Positions 51,606 to 61,841 of a stretch of DNA of 64,000 nucleotides are shown piece after piece. The position numbers and the translations under genes were made by a program. Under the pieces are notes generated by a model. That model had not been told where the DNA came from. It was given only the letters and a program-made list of their open reading frames with translations, and did not search any database. Origin of the DNA: Candidatus Poribacteria bacterium (GTDB lineage Bacteria > Poribacteria > WGA-4E > PCPOR2b); contig OZ242351.1 of assembly GCA_965208675.1 (NCBI GenBank), forward strand, positions 2,688,001-2,752,000, written 5' to 3'. Each line of letters opens with the position of its first letter. Position 1 is the first letter of the stretch.

Positions 51606-52791
51606 TGCTCCGTGTTCCTCCGCCAAAGCAGTACAAAACTCCATCGTCCGAGCCGATTACAAGATTCCCGCCTGCAACGCATGGAGAGGCAACAATAGAC
51701 GACCCTGTAACGAACTGCCAAACTGGTTCCCCCGTATTGATATTAAGTGCGTAAATGACACCGCCCACAGTTCCAAAGAGAACTCGGTTGCCGATGATTA
51801 CGGGCGAGGAATCGACCCGCGCTTTGGTTGGATATATCCACAGGGGTTCGCCCGTTTGCGGTTTGAGCGCATGGATTCGCTTATCCCTGCCGCCAACGAT
51901 TACCGCGTCGTTCGTCACAGCGGCTGACGCATAGAATGGAAACCCGCCCTTTGCAGGCTCGTAATTCCAGAGGATTTCGGCATGATTTAGGTCAACGCCT
52001 AACACTTGATTGCCAAATGTTCCGACAAAAGCCCGCGTCTTTAGAACAGCAGGGCTCGCCGCAACGTAATCTCCCAGCGGTATTTTGTTGTTCTCCTCGC
52101 CGTTGAGTACGTTTATGACGCGCAGATAACCGTCACAGCCCGTCGTAACCACAACATCATTCGGGTACGGCAAGCTGCCGCTGCTCCGAACGTCCACTAC
52201 CGTCGGCGTGCCGTGAACGTATCCTTCGGTCTCAAACTTCCAGATTAACGCCCCGGTCTCCGCTGAAACGCTATACAGATACTGGTCATAGGAGCCAAAC
52301 AGAACAGAATCGCCCGCAAAATTTGCGGATGAAATTATACCACCATCGGTCTGAAAAATCCATCTTTGTTGACCGGTTTCGGCATCCACGGCATGAAAAA
52401 CTCCCATCTCGTCACCAAAGTATACAGTTTTCCTAAACACGGCTGGCGACGATTTAATCTCATCGGATGCACTATATTTCCATTTCAACGAACCGCTTTC
52501 AAGGTTAATGGCGTAAAGGTTTCCATCTAATGCCCCCACATAAACCGTGCCCGCAGCAATGGCAGCCGTAGACTCGATGCCCTCGCCCGCCTCGAACGTC
52601 CAGAGCAGTTGAGGGTTATCCGGGAAATCACCCGCAGCTACCCCTGTTAGTTGAGGATTTCCGCGGAAACTTACCCAGTCTCCGGCATCGGCTCGGCTTT
52701 GTGTGTTAAGTATGAGAATCGCACTTACAATGAAAGCCGAAAACCGGTAACGTCTGTTCGTATCGGCGTTTGATATATGGGTGTCGTTCAT
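51598..52791 (-). CDS. Secreted PQQ-type (BamB-like) beta-propeller protein
   Basis: W.SFRGNPQLTG, about eight SSP...V..G..D..L.A.D..TG...W repeats. Confidence 0.85.
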   Translation of the reverse strand: MNDTHISNADTNRRYRFSAFIVSAILILNTQSRADAGDWVSFRGNPQLTGVAAGDFPDNPQLLWTFEAGEGIESTAAIAAGTVYVGALDGNLYAINLESGSLKWKYSASDEIKSSPAVFRKTVYFGDEMGVFHAVDAETGQQRWIFQTDGGIISSANFAGDSVLFGSYDQYLYSVSAETGALIWKFETEGYVHGTPTVVDVRSSGSLPYPNDVVVTTGCDGYLRVINVLNGEENNKIPLGDYVAASPAVLKTRAFVGTFGNQVLGVDLNHAEILWNYEPAKGGFPFYASAAVTNDAVIVGGRDKRIHALKPQTGEPLWIYPTKARVDSSPVIIGNRVLFGTVGGVIYALNINTGEPVWQFVTGSSIVASPCVAGGNLVIGSDDGVLYCFGGGTRSNE

Positions 52792-52902
52792 CAATTTGCG
52801 AATTAAAGGCGGGAATTTTTGGGGTTTCACTTCCATACCGGCCGGATACAGACACCGGGTATACAAGAATAAACGCCGTTTCAAGTCTCATAGTGCTCTG
52901 AA

Positions 52903-54021
52903 TCAGTACGCCGCCTCATACAGTTCCAGCAATTCGACTTCCCCGACTTGCCGTGGATTAAACCCGCCCGTCCATTGCGCCGCGGCTTCCTTTGCCAAAT
53001 TGGGCAAATCCACTCTGTCAATATTGAAATCTCTCAGCCGCACCGGCAACCGTGCGGCGGTAATCAATTCGAAAATGCGTTCATCTAACGGTGAAGGATA
53101 CAACTCGCGGTAAAGCGCGCCGACCGCCTGTCGGTTGAATCCCACAACGTGGGGCAGCATTAATCCCACCGCAACGCCGTGAATTACACCATATCGACTT
53201 GTCAAAGGATTGGCGCAGGCATGCGCTGCGCCGAGCATGGAGTTTTCTATCGCAGCACCAGCGAGATGCGCCCCCAGCAGCATTCGTCCTTGGGCGTCAA
53301 CATTCTCGAGATTGCGTAGAACAGTTTCGAAATTCCCCTCAAGCAGCCGCCACGCCTCTCTGGCAAACGCCTGCGAGATGGGATTCCGTTTCGTCGAAAC
53401 ATAACTTTCCACAGCGTGGGCGATTGCATCAATGCCCGCCGCCGCCGCCACGTGGTTCGGGACGGTTGCCGTCAACACCGGATCGAGAATTACGGTTCGG
53501 AATCGGGCTTTTTTGTCGCCGCAGGCCATCTTTTGGCGGGAAACCTCTTGGGTGATTAACGCAAAAGACTGGGCTTCGCTGCCCGTGCCCGCGGTGGTCG
53601 GAACGCCGATGGAGGGGAGCATCGGTTTGGAGGCTTTGCCTTCGCCCCAATAATCCGCCATAGCGCCGCCGTTCGTGAGGAGGAAGTTGATTCCTTTAGC
53701 GCAGTCCATTGCGCTGCCGCCGCCTAAACCGACGATTAGGTCAATCTTTCCTTGTGATGCCGCAAACCGAACACCGGATTCAACGTGCCGAGTTGTCGGA
53801 TTTTCTTCTACACCGTCAAAAACAGAGACCGCTAACGATTCCTTCCTCAAGGATTTGAGCGCGTTTTCCACAATTCCGGCGCTGACGACGCCCGAATCGG
53901 ACACAACCAGAACGCGCGTGCCGCCTAATTCCTTTGTCAAAGCCCCCAACTGAACGAGTGTATTCTCGCCGAATATGACGCGCGTACTCGGTTGAAAATC
54001 GAAAGGTTGCATTGCCCTCAA
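52903..54021 (-). CDS. Iron-containing alcohol dehydrogenase
   Basis: GGGSAMDCAK, PTTAGTGSE, DAIAHAVE, AHA, HG.AV. Confidence 0.92.
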   Translation of the reverse strand: MRAMQPFDFQPSTRVIFGENTLVQLGALTKELGGTRVLVVSDSGVVSAGIVENALKSLRKESLAVSVFDGVEENPTTRHVESGVRFAASQGKIDLIVGLGGGSAMDCAKGINFLLTNGGAMADYWGEGKASKPMLPSIGVPTTAGTGSEAQSFALITQEVSRQKMACGDKKARFRTVILDPVLTATVPNHVAAAAGIDAIAHAVESYVSTKRNPISQAFAREAWRLLEGNFETVLRNLENVDAQGRMLLGAHLAGAAIENSMLGAAHACANPLTSRYGVIHGVAVGLMLPHVVGFNRQAVGALYRELYPSPLDERIFELITAARLPVRLRDFNIDRVDLPNLAKEAAAQWTGGFNPRQVGEVELLELYEAAY

Positions 54022-55460
54022 TTTTTACGGCGCGTACTGGTCATCTGAAATGCCCGTTGCCGATACAGGTGCTCAAACAGATTGCCTTCGTGCGGCTGAT
54101 CCCAAGCGATTTGATTGGTGCTAATCGCACCTAAATTAAGGCGTTCCACATCTGGGGAGCCAAGTAACTCATTGATAAAAGCTTCGTCTTCGGTGAAAGC
54201 GCTGACCACCAAGGTTGAGCCGATACGTTCCAAAATCTCTGGTTGCGGCACTTCTACCACACTGACGAAGGGAAACAGGTATTCTGTGTTCGCCAGTGGA
54301 TGTTCCGGGCTTTCACACCAGATGACGGTTGGGAGAAGATAGGTGCAACCGGCTTTTTCAACTAGCCTTCCGCCCCCTCGAACTTCGGCTGTCACATCGC
54401 TAGCACCGGGTGTTTTCAGTTGATCGTCAATGAGACTTGAAAGCTGACGGGCGAACTTTGGATTCGAAAATGCGGCGATTTGTGCCTGCGGATCGTCCAG
54501 CGGCAGCGCGTCAATTTGCGCCAACCTTTTTGCTAAAGCCCCCGCGATTTCGCGGCTATGGGCGGGCGCCCAGATTCCGGAGGCGTTAATGCAGGACCTT
54601 CCACCGTTATCGACGATGGATGCGATCATGACATCCAGATATATTTCCCAATCTGAAATCTCGTCATTCGCGATGACAATCTTGCTACGGCCCGGCCCGT
54701 GAATCTGCACACGTGGATCGGTTTTCCATGGCGTCACGGTTGATTCGCCGCCGAACAGCATTGAGCGGCCGCTGCGAAGTAAAATTTCAGCGGCGCCTGT
54801 GTAGTCCGTTGGATAAAAGCCGAACGCCGCTGGAGGACAGTCCGATGCAATCAAAGCTTGCGCGATGCGGTAAGGCGTCCAAGGCTCTTCGCCTCCCGGT
54901 TTGAGAATCAGCGGGGTTTTCATCGGAATGGCAGGCAGCCAGAGCGAATGCACGCCTGGGGAGTTACTGGGCAGCACCGCCCCTAACACATTCGTTTGAC
55001 GTACGTAGCTCAAGGGACGTTTATCTTGCACGCCCCAACCGTCGTCGAGTATGGAGAGATTCAGTCCGCGCGTCAACCCTCCCAGAACCGCTTCCATTTC
55101 ATCCAGAACCGTCCGGATTTTGTTCATGTTGTTTCGGCAGAGACTTTCCGGCATGCCTGTCGTCGCAGAAAGCTGTCGAATGTAGTCGCCGGGCGATTGC
55201 GATTCGGCGCCCAAGGGAAGAACCGAATCAGTAAAACAATGGGCGGCTTTCTTACAAATTGCAACCAGTTCCGATACGGAAAGCGATTCAAGGGCGCGTT
55301 TGTGATGCGCGGCTGTGGTTAAGTCCTTGGCAATTAACCCCCGATTCGACTGACTCACCTCAGCGATTGGTTCGCCTGTCTGGACGTGCCGCACGCGGTG
55401 GATATTTAGGCTGCGATAAGGGCATCCAGCTCGTAGAATCGGAATGTGTATCATTGTCAA
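54018..55460 (-). CDS. Atypical aldehyde dehydrogenase-superfamily protein (acyl-CoA reductase-like)
   Basis: LPSNSPG, LKP, HGPGRSK in place of LELGGK, GRSCINAS catalytic Cys, EYLFP. Confidence 0.8.
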   Translation of the reverse strand: MTMIHIPILRAGCPYRSLNIHRVRHVQTGEPIAEVSQSNRGLIAKDLTTAAHHKRALESLSVSELVAICKKAAHCFTDSVLPLGAESQSPGDYIRQLSATTGMPESLCRNNMNKIRTVLDEMEAVLGGLTRGLNLSILDDGWGVQDKRPLSYVRQTNVLGAVLPSNSPGVHSLWLPAIPMKTPLILKPGGEEPWTPYRIAQALIASDCPPAAFGFYPTDYTGAAEILLRSGRSMLFGGESTVTPWKTDPRVQIHGPGRSKIVIANDEISDWEIYLDVMIASIVDNGGRSCINASGIWAPAHSREIAGALAKRLAQIDALPLDDPQAQIAAFSNPKFARQLSSLIDDQLKTPGASDVTAEVRGGGRLVEKAGCTYLLPTVIWCESPEHPLANTEYLFPFVSVVEVPQPEILERIGSTLVVSAFTEDEAFINELLGSPDVERLNLGAISTNQIAWDQPHEGNLFEHLYRQRAFQMTSTRRKN

Positions 55461-55520
55461 TGCGCTCTCGTTCTAGATGAAAAAATGGGTCGATAATCCT
55501 TGTCAAATGCGAGTTTCATT

Positions 55521-56297
55521 CTACGATCTCTTTTTCTTGCCGCCCTTCTTTCGACTTACGCCCAGCGCTTCAATTTCTTCCCATAGATTTTGATAGGACT
55601 TTGCGGCGGGGGACTTGGGCGCAAAGACCGAGACCGGCTCTCGTTGGATTCCCATTCTTTCGACATGGGACAGATAAGGAATAGCGGTCTGCAGAACACC
55701 GTTGAAAACGCGTAACGACTCTTGCATCAGTTCACGGTGGATTTTTTTCCGCCTATCAACCATCGAAAAAAAGGTGTACAGGTTGCCCGAATCATAACCG
55801 CTTTTATCAAGGAAATCGATTAACTGCTTGTGTGTACGCACGGACAGCGTGGTTGGAATTAGCGGAACGAGGAGGGAGTCCGCAGCGTCGAAAATATTCT
55901 CCGCAAGCAGATCAATGGTACACGGACAGTCCAAAGTGATTAAGTCGTATTCATCCCGAAGCGGCTCTAGAATTCGTTTTAACCGACGTCTCGAACGCTT
56001 CAATTGATGAAAAGTGACCGCCAAATTTCGATGCGTAAAATCCGATGGCAGCAGATCCAAATTGTCAAAATCCGTGCCTTTGATATTTCGTTCGATTCGC
56101 TTGCCGCCTTTAACGAACCCCTTTGTCCTTGATTTGAGTTTGGGTTTGACTCGAAGGTAATATGTCGCAGAACTTTGCGCATCCAGATCGCAGATAAGGG
56201 TTTTTAGCCCCGCTTGAGCCGCTAAATATGACAGGTTAACGGTTGTAGCAGTCTTTCCGACGCCGCCTTTATTACTGTAGATTGCCAGTGTTTTCAT
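55521..56297 (-). CDS. ParA/Soj-family ATPase
   Basis: KGGVGKT, DLDAQ, LDCP. Confidence 0.9.
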   Translation of the reverse strand: MKTLAIYSNKGGVGKTATTVNLSYLAAQAGLKTLICDLDAQSSATYYLRVKPKLKSRTKGFVKGGKRIERNIKGTDFDNLDLLPSDFTHRNLAVTFHQLKRSRRRLKRILEPLRDEYDLITLDCPCTIDLLAENIFDAADSLLVPLIPTTLSVRTHKQLIDFLDKSGYDSGNLYTFFSMVDRRKKIHRELMQESLRVFNGVLQTAIPYLSHVERMGIQREPVSVFAPKSPAAKSYQNLWEEIEALGVSRKKGGKKKRS

Positions 56298-56314
56298 TCA
56301 ACAAACTCGCGCAA

Positions 56315-57862
56315 TTACGAAGCGAAAAGTTCCCGGAACAACTTTCTGTTTGAAGAGGAAGCAAAATCGTTGAAAATATTGGAAAATGAGTTTTTAACGG
56401 TCTGTTTTTTTTGACTCAACGCCCCGATTAAACTGCCTATTGCGAGAATTGTCCTTTTGGACTGCGAATTCGCTATAGGCAGTTCACCAGTAATCGTCTG
56501 AAGATATTCGTCCTGAATGCACACATCCTGAAAATCCCCAAGATTATCTTGCAAATTTTTCAACTGGTTTATTAAAATACTAATTTTTGGATAGGGAAAC
56601 AGACTGGAAAAGAACTCCATCAAATACCGCAGTTTTTTGCATTCAATCCTGAGTTGATGCAACAGCTCATCTCCGGTATTCTCAAAGCTCAGGCGTCCAA
56701 GTTTAACGACATTCCGGTACCTCCTGTAGATTCGGTTCCGCGCAAGAAAAATTATTGGAACACCTGCGTTAAGTGCCGGTGAAGTGTTTTTCGACGGTTC
56801 GTCAAGAAAGGCTTCCCAATCCTTCAGCATCCGCGAGAGCCGTTTGGAGTTTAAATTGCCAACAACTTCCTTTAACGCTTCCGATCGTTTCACACGTAAA
56901 TGGTCAAACAGCGGCTCAATGTCAACTTGAAATACATTCGGAAGCATCGCCTTGTAGTTTCTTTCGTTAAGGAGATAAACATCCAAATCCCGCAGCGGAT
57001 TCGAGAGTTTGCCCAATGCGGCGAACTCCCGCCTAAACCGGTCGATTGCATCCTCCGGGAACACAGACTTAATCTGGCTTAAAGCGGAACGTGTCCGGCG
57101 GATAGCAACGCGAAAATCGTGCAAAAATTCAGTGTCAAGGTCCGCCTTGATGCCCTCCACATTGCGATTGATGACTTTCAGTAGAAGCCGCAGCACAATT
57201 TTAGTCGCCTCATCAGCACGCATATCCGGGTCGAGTTTTAATTTCAATTTTGTAGAATAATCTCCCGGGTACTGATTTACCGCTCCCAAGATGTTGCGAT
57301 AGATATCTTCCTCCCCAACTGTTGGAAATCCCAAATCGTGGAATTGGTTGGCCAACGTTCGAAAGTATGCCGGATATCCTCGAACCTGCTCTAAGGTCAG
57401 ATGAGTTGACATCGCGGGCGCGTCAGGTTTAAGCCTGAACGCTTCGTAAACGAAGCGCGCCACTGTTTTTTCGTCGGGGTTCAAAATGCGGTAGGAATTT
57501 GAATGGGAGACGATTTCAGCGCGCTTCAAAAGCGCGCGTACCTTTATAATCGGCGACAGCAGGTCTTTCAATCGGCTGTCAGGAAAATCCCATATGAAGA
57601 CGGGTTGAGCGCGGATGCGGGCGCGCTCCATCAACGTGTTTTGAGAAAGGTGATGCAGTACAAAGTGACTTCCAGTTCCGTACAAAGCAAGTGAATTATT
57701 GAATAAACGCCAGTCGAAGGTGTCGTAAATTGTAAAACGCTCTGTGGCGGACTGCTCTTCTTTGGTGGAGTACGATGCATCAGCCGATTCACGAATCAAA
57801 CGCTCTTGACTATACCCGGCAGGTAGCTTAAATTTCAGATAATTATGCAAGTCTGCCTCCAC
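56315..57862 (-). CDS. CHAD-domain protein with a CYTH-like N-terminal region
   Basis: YDTFDWRL, LHDFRVAIRRTRS, RDLDV, LHQLRIECKKLRY, LQDNLGDFQD. Confidence 0.9.
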   Translation of the reverse strand: MEADLHNYLKFKLPAGYSQERLIRESADASYSTKEEQSATERFTIYDTFDWRLFNNSLALYGTGSHFVLHHLSQNTLMERARIRAQPVFIWDFPDSRLKDLLSPIIKVRALLKRAEIVSHSNSYRILNPDEKTVARFVYEAFRLKPDAPAMSTHLTLEQVRGYPAYFRTLANQFHDLGFPTVGEEDIYRNILGAVNQYPGDYSTKLKLKLDPDMRADEATKIVLRLLLKVINRNVEGIKADLDTEFLHDFRVAIRRTRSALSQIKSVFPEDAIDRFRREFAALGKLSNPLRDLDVYLLNERNYKAMLPNVFQVDIEPLFDHLRVKRSEALKEVVGNLNSKRLSRMLKDWEAFLDEPSKNTSPALNAGVPIIFLARNRIYRRYRNVVKLGRLSFENTGDELLHQLRIECKKLRYLMEFFSSLFPYPKISILINQLKNLQDNLGDFQDVCIQDEYLQTITGELPIANSQSKRTILAIGSLIGALSQKKQTVKNSFSNIFNDFASSSNRKLFRELFAS

Positions 57863-57976
57863 AGCGTTGTCTTCGCACCGTCATTGATTTCGCCATCGCA
57901 TTTCACAAGTTTCATTGTATCAGAACCGCTGTATTTCATCAATAAGAATACCGCTGTGTCAGCAGACGCAGCGTTC

Positions 57977-58004
57977 ATTATAGCATGATTGGGATCAGTG
58001 TCAA
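57977..58004 (-). promoter_or_regulatory. Sigma70 promoter for the CHAD-ParA unit
   Basis: TTGACA-16nt-TATAAT on the minus strand. Confidence 0.65.
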
Positions 58005-58107
58005 TCATATTCAACTGCTTCATCCGTGAGGAGATAGTGCACCACATTCAGCGTGAGGCATTGGAGTGAAGAAACCCCAAATGCGTATTGTCACGGGTTC
58101 AAAATTA

Positions 58108-58136
58108 TTGACACGCATTGCGTCGGGTGGTAGAAT
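58108..58136 (+). promoter_or_regulatory. Sigma70 promoter for rarA
   Basis: TTGACA-17nt-TAGAAT. Confidence 0.7.
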
Positions 58137-58210
58137 GCATCCCGCGGTAGGTTGGGTGATCGGGCGGTCTATCTCAACCTGAACCGCCAGAATTTAGCGG
58201 AGGTCATCCA

Positions 58211-59563
58211 GTGAATGAGTCAGGAACCCCCACCAATCTGTTCGACTCTCAGCCGACGTCCGGCAAAAGCGCGGGACCTCTGGCGCACCGGGTTCGCCCC
58301 AATTCACTCGACGGATTCGTCGGACAAGAGCATCTGCTGGACAAGGGACAGCCTCTTCGTCGTGCAATCGAAGGCGACGTGTTGATGTCCTGCATCTTTT
58401 GGGGTCCGCCGGGGTGCGGCAAGACTACGCTGGCGCACATTATCGCCCAGTATTCAAAAGCGCACTTCGAGCCTATCAACGCGAGCACAACAGGCGTTCC
58501 GGAATTGCGTAAACGAATCGCCGCTGCTCAAGAACGCTTAAAAATCCAAAATCAACCTACCATCCTGTTCTTGGACGAAATCCACCGCTTTAACAAAGCG
58601 CAGCAGGATTTTCTGCTGTCCTTCGTGGAAAACGGCACAATTGTGCTGATTGGTGCGACTACCGAAAACCCTTCCTTTGAGGTGAATACCCCGCTCCTCT
58701 CTCGCATGCAGGTTTACCCGTTCCACCCGCTAGAAACACGCCACATCCAGCAGATAGTGGATACGGCAATCTGCGATATTGAACGGGGACTTGGCAAGTA
58801 TCGAGTCACACTTTCGGATGCGGCTATGGAAGCGCTCGTTCGGATTGCGGACGGCGATGTGCGGCTAGCACTTAATGCGTTGGAACTCGCGGTGCAAACG
58901 TGCAAGCCCAATTCGCAGCAAATCCGTCACTTGGATGCGGAGAGCGTCCGCCGCGCCGCACAGAAACGGATGCTGCGCCACGATAAAGCTGGCGATGAAC
59001 ATTACAACCTAATTTCGGCCTTTATCAAGAGTATGCGTGCGTCCGATGCAGACGCTGCCATCTATTGGCTGGCGAGGCTCCTTGAAGCCGGAGAGGACGC
59101 GCGTTTCATTGCACGGAGAATGGTAATCTTGGCGTCTGAGGATGTCGGAAACGCCGACCCACAAGCGTTGTTGATTGCGGACGCGGCGGCACGCGCCGTG
59201 GAATTTGTCGGGCTTCCGGAGGCGCAACTCAATTTGGCTCAGGCTGCCACCTACCTCGCGTGCGCACCGAAAAGTAATGCCTCATATCTGGCTTTACTAG
59301 CGGCTCAGAAAGATGTACGCCAAAAATCCGCCTACCCGGTACCGCTCCACCTGCGGAACGCACCCACGCAACTGATGCGAGAACTCGGGTACGGAAAGGG
59401 ATACCAGTACGCTCACGATTTCGAAGAACACATCGCCGACATGGAATGCCTCCCCGAACCTCTACACGGGCAACGCTACTATAAACCGACGGATATCGGA
59501 TATGAAGCGGTCATCCGCGAATATCTGGAAAAAGTTAAAAACAAAATAGGGCGAACTGATTGA
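58211..59563 (+). CDS. rarA: Replication-associated recombination protein A (MgsA)
   Basis: [60 protein letters not shown]. Confidence 0.96.
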   Translation: MNESGTPTNLFDSQPTSGKSAGPLAHRVRPNSLDGFVGQEHLLDKGQPLRRAIEGDVLMSCIFWGPPGCGKTTLAHIIAQYSKAHFEPINASTTGVPELRKRIAAAQERLKIQNQPTILFLDEIHRFNKAQQDFLLSFVENGTIVLIGATTENPSFEVNTPLLSRMQVYPFHPLETRHIQQIVDTAICDIERGLGKYRVTLSDAAMEALVRIADGDVRLALNALELAVQTCKPNSQQIRHLDAESVRRAAQKRMLRHDKAGDEHYNLISAFIKSMRASDADAAIYWLARLLEAGEDARFIARRMVILASEDVGNADPQALLIADAAARAVEFVGLPEAQLNLAQAATYLACAPKSNASYLALLAAQKDVRQKSAYPVPLHLRNAPTQLMRELGYGKGYQYAHDFEEHIADMECLPEPLHGQRYYKPTDIGYEAVIREYLEKVKNKIGRTD

Positions 59564-60535
59564 GTCTAGCGGAGCGAAGGGCGAGCAAATTTGATCTCAC
59601 AATAGCGTACTCTCTATACGATAAATTCGCCGCTCTCCATCCTCTCTTCGCATCTCAAGAACGCACCCAATTTTCAAGTGCGTATCTCATTACGCGCGGT
59701 GTGCGTTCGGCCGATCGAGTTTGCGGCCTCATTTGGTGTCAAAGTTGCAACCAAAACCTATCTTCTCAGGAGAATTTTCCGAGCGTTTTTGCCCTACATT
59801 TTAGTTGACACAGCATCTGAAACTCTGATAGGATGTATTCAATTGAATCCGTGCATAAGGTAGGTATTTCTCTGGCGGGCTAAACGCTTGGGTACAACAG
59901 CGATGAATCTGCTTGCTTCTATCACAAATAAAATCCCCTGTAACCCGTCCCGCAACCGCATTTCCCCGGAGGACAGGATTGATACTCCGACTATTATGGG
60001 ATTATATTGGTCCGGATTCACCGAGAAACTTCATACGCAATTATTTTTTCTTGCCAAGCGTCTTTGAAGAGGCAGGTTAGTTTGCCTCTCTGGAGGCGCT
60101 TTTTTGTTTGTGGAGCGTAACGATTTCTATAAGCCGATTCAATGGCTAAAATAGCAGTTTGCGGGAGCTTGAGTTGATATGCCAATCGGATTGAGGCAAT
60201 GCTGACACAAGCTGGATCGTAATCCGAAGGCGAAGCGATTTGTGGCCGCAGGCGAAAACCGAAGAAAGAGCTGTTTCTGGTCGGATTTTCCGCCTTCGGC
60301 GGTGTCTTCTTGTGGCTCATTGGCTGTACCCGGTACCATAAATTAACCATGTTAGCGTGGGGTGGTTCATTTGTCCGCGCTCAAACGAAAACCGCGAAGG
60401 ATCCCTTTGGGAGGAATGCGCTTAAAGTAAAACCAACTCTAGCGATTGAGCTTATAGATTCGTTTTGACTCTTTCTTCATTCTTTAGAGATGAGGTTTTC
60501 CAACATGGCAACCATTCAAGAAAGGACAATATCTC

Positions 60536-61357
60536 ATGAAAAAGACAGTTGTACGATTGACCTTTTTCTGCGTTGGCTTGGTCTTCGCCGGTTTGGTGTT
60601 GACGAGTATCAGTGATGCCGAAATTGACATGACAGGCGCGAGGGCTATTTGGCTCTTTGACGAAGGGGAAGGTGATACAACTAGCGATATTTCTGGCAAT
60701 GATTTTCACGCAACCCTCGCAAATGGTGCGGCATGGACGGACGGCAAGTTCGGAGCAGGTGTGAGTTTCGATGGAGCGGATGATTATGTGGAAGCGAATG
60801 CCCCAGTCGTTGTCGAAACAGTCGATTTCACAATGGGTCTTTGGCTAAATCCAGGCGAGACTCAATCCCAGTGGGCTAATGTCCTCTCCAGTCATGGCAG
60901 CGATCCAGGACCTCCGGAAATTTGCCGGGGAATGTCCATTGAACAGGTTAGCGACTCCGCAAATCTGTTCTACTTTATCGCGGGTGGCGGGGAAAACGGT
61001 TGTTGGCTTGGTCAAGCGGCGCAAACCCAACTGGCAGCCGGTGTTTGGCAGCATTTCGTCATTGTACGGCAGGGGGCTACATTGACACATTACCTGAACG
61101 GCGAGGTATCCGCGGAGGGACGCGCTCAAAGAGATACACCCTACGCACCTGCCACACTTAATTTCCGCATCGGAAACTGGAGCGTCTTTGAGGGCAGGGG
61201 GTACAATGGCACAGTTGACGACGCTTTTATTTTCGATAGAGCACTGAGCCACGATGAAATTACCAGCCTTATGGACGATGGCTTTGATGTTGAAATCGCC
61301 GTTTCCCCGGCAAGGAAAATTTCTGCGGTCTGGGGAGGGATAAAAACACTATTTTAA
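60536..61357 (+). CDS. Secreted LamG domain protein
   Basis: WLFDEG, GKFG, WQHFVIV, FDRALS, C-terminal VSPARKISAVWGGIK. Confidence 0.87.
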   Translation: MKKTVVRLTFFCVGLVFAGLVLTSISDAEIDMTGARAIWLFDEGEGDTTSDISGNDFHATLANGAAWTDGKFGAGVSFDGADDYVEANAPVVVETVDFTMGLWLNPGETQSQWANVLSSHGSDPGPPEICRGMSIEQVSDSANLFYFIAGGGENGCWLGQAAQTQLAAGVWQHFVIVRQGATLTHYLNGEVSAEGRAQRDTPYAPATLNFRIGNWSVFEGRGYNGTVDDAFIFDRALSHDEITSLMDDGFDVEIAVSPARKISAVWGGIKTLF

Positions 61358-61841
61358 TCTGAAATACGTCTTATCCTCGTGCAGAGGCAGGCGTGCCCGT
61401 GCTTACGCTATCATGTGGATTGTGATGGCTAGGAATCCAAGTTCCCGTCTTCGATACGGCTTTGAACCCTTCAGTGGTTTAACCTTCAAATCCATTCTAC
61501 GTTAAGCACGCAAACGTTGAGTGCCAGCTGATATTCTTGTTCAATCTGAAACCGGATGTAGAATTGCAAGCCCTCTTGTGCGAACTGTAAGCGGCTAAGC
61601 TTTGATTAGTACCTAATATAGCAAAGAATAATCCGTAATGAGTAATACGTGAGAAGAAGGTTAAATCTTATTGTGTTTACACGTGACGCGTGACTTCATT
61701 CTAATGAGAAATGGATTCCTCGATTAAAAACCCTGGACGAATCGAGATTGTGGCGTTAAATTGTCGGTCGGGATTCTAACACGGAGATTTCCTTGTCGAT
61801 TTCGAAAACTCGACCGGCAAATTTTATAAGGAGATTGTCTT

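Noticed and set aside
55521-56297. Chromosome or plasmid partitioning locus
   Set aside because: No parB, parS or rep gene nearby; the ATPase is linked to the CHAD gene instead
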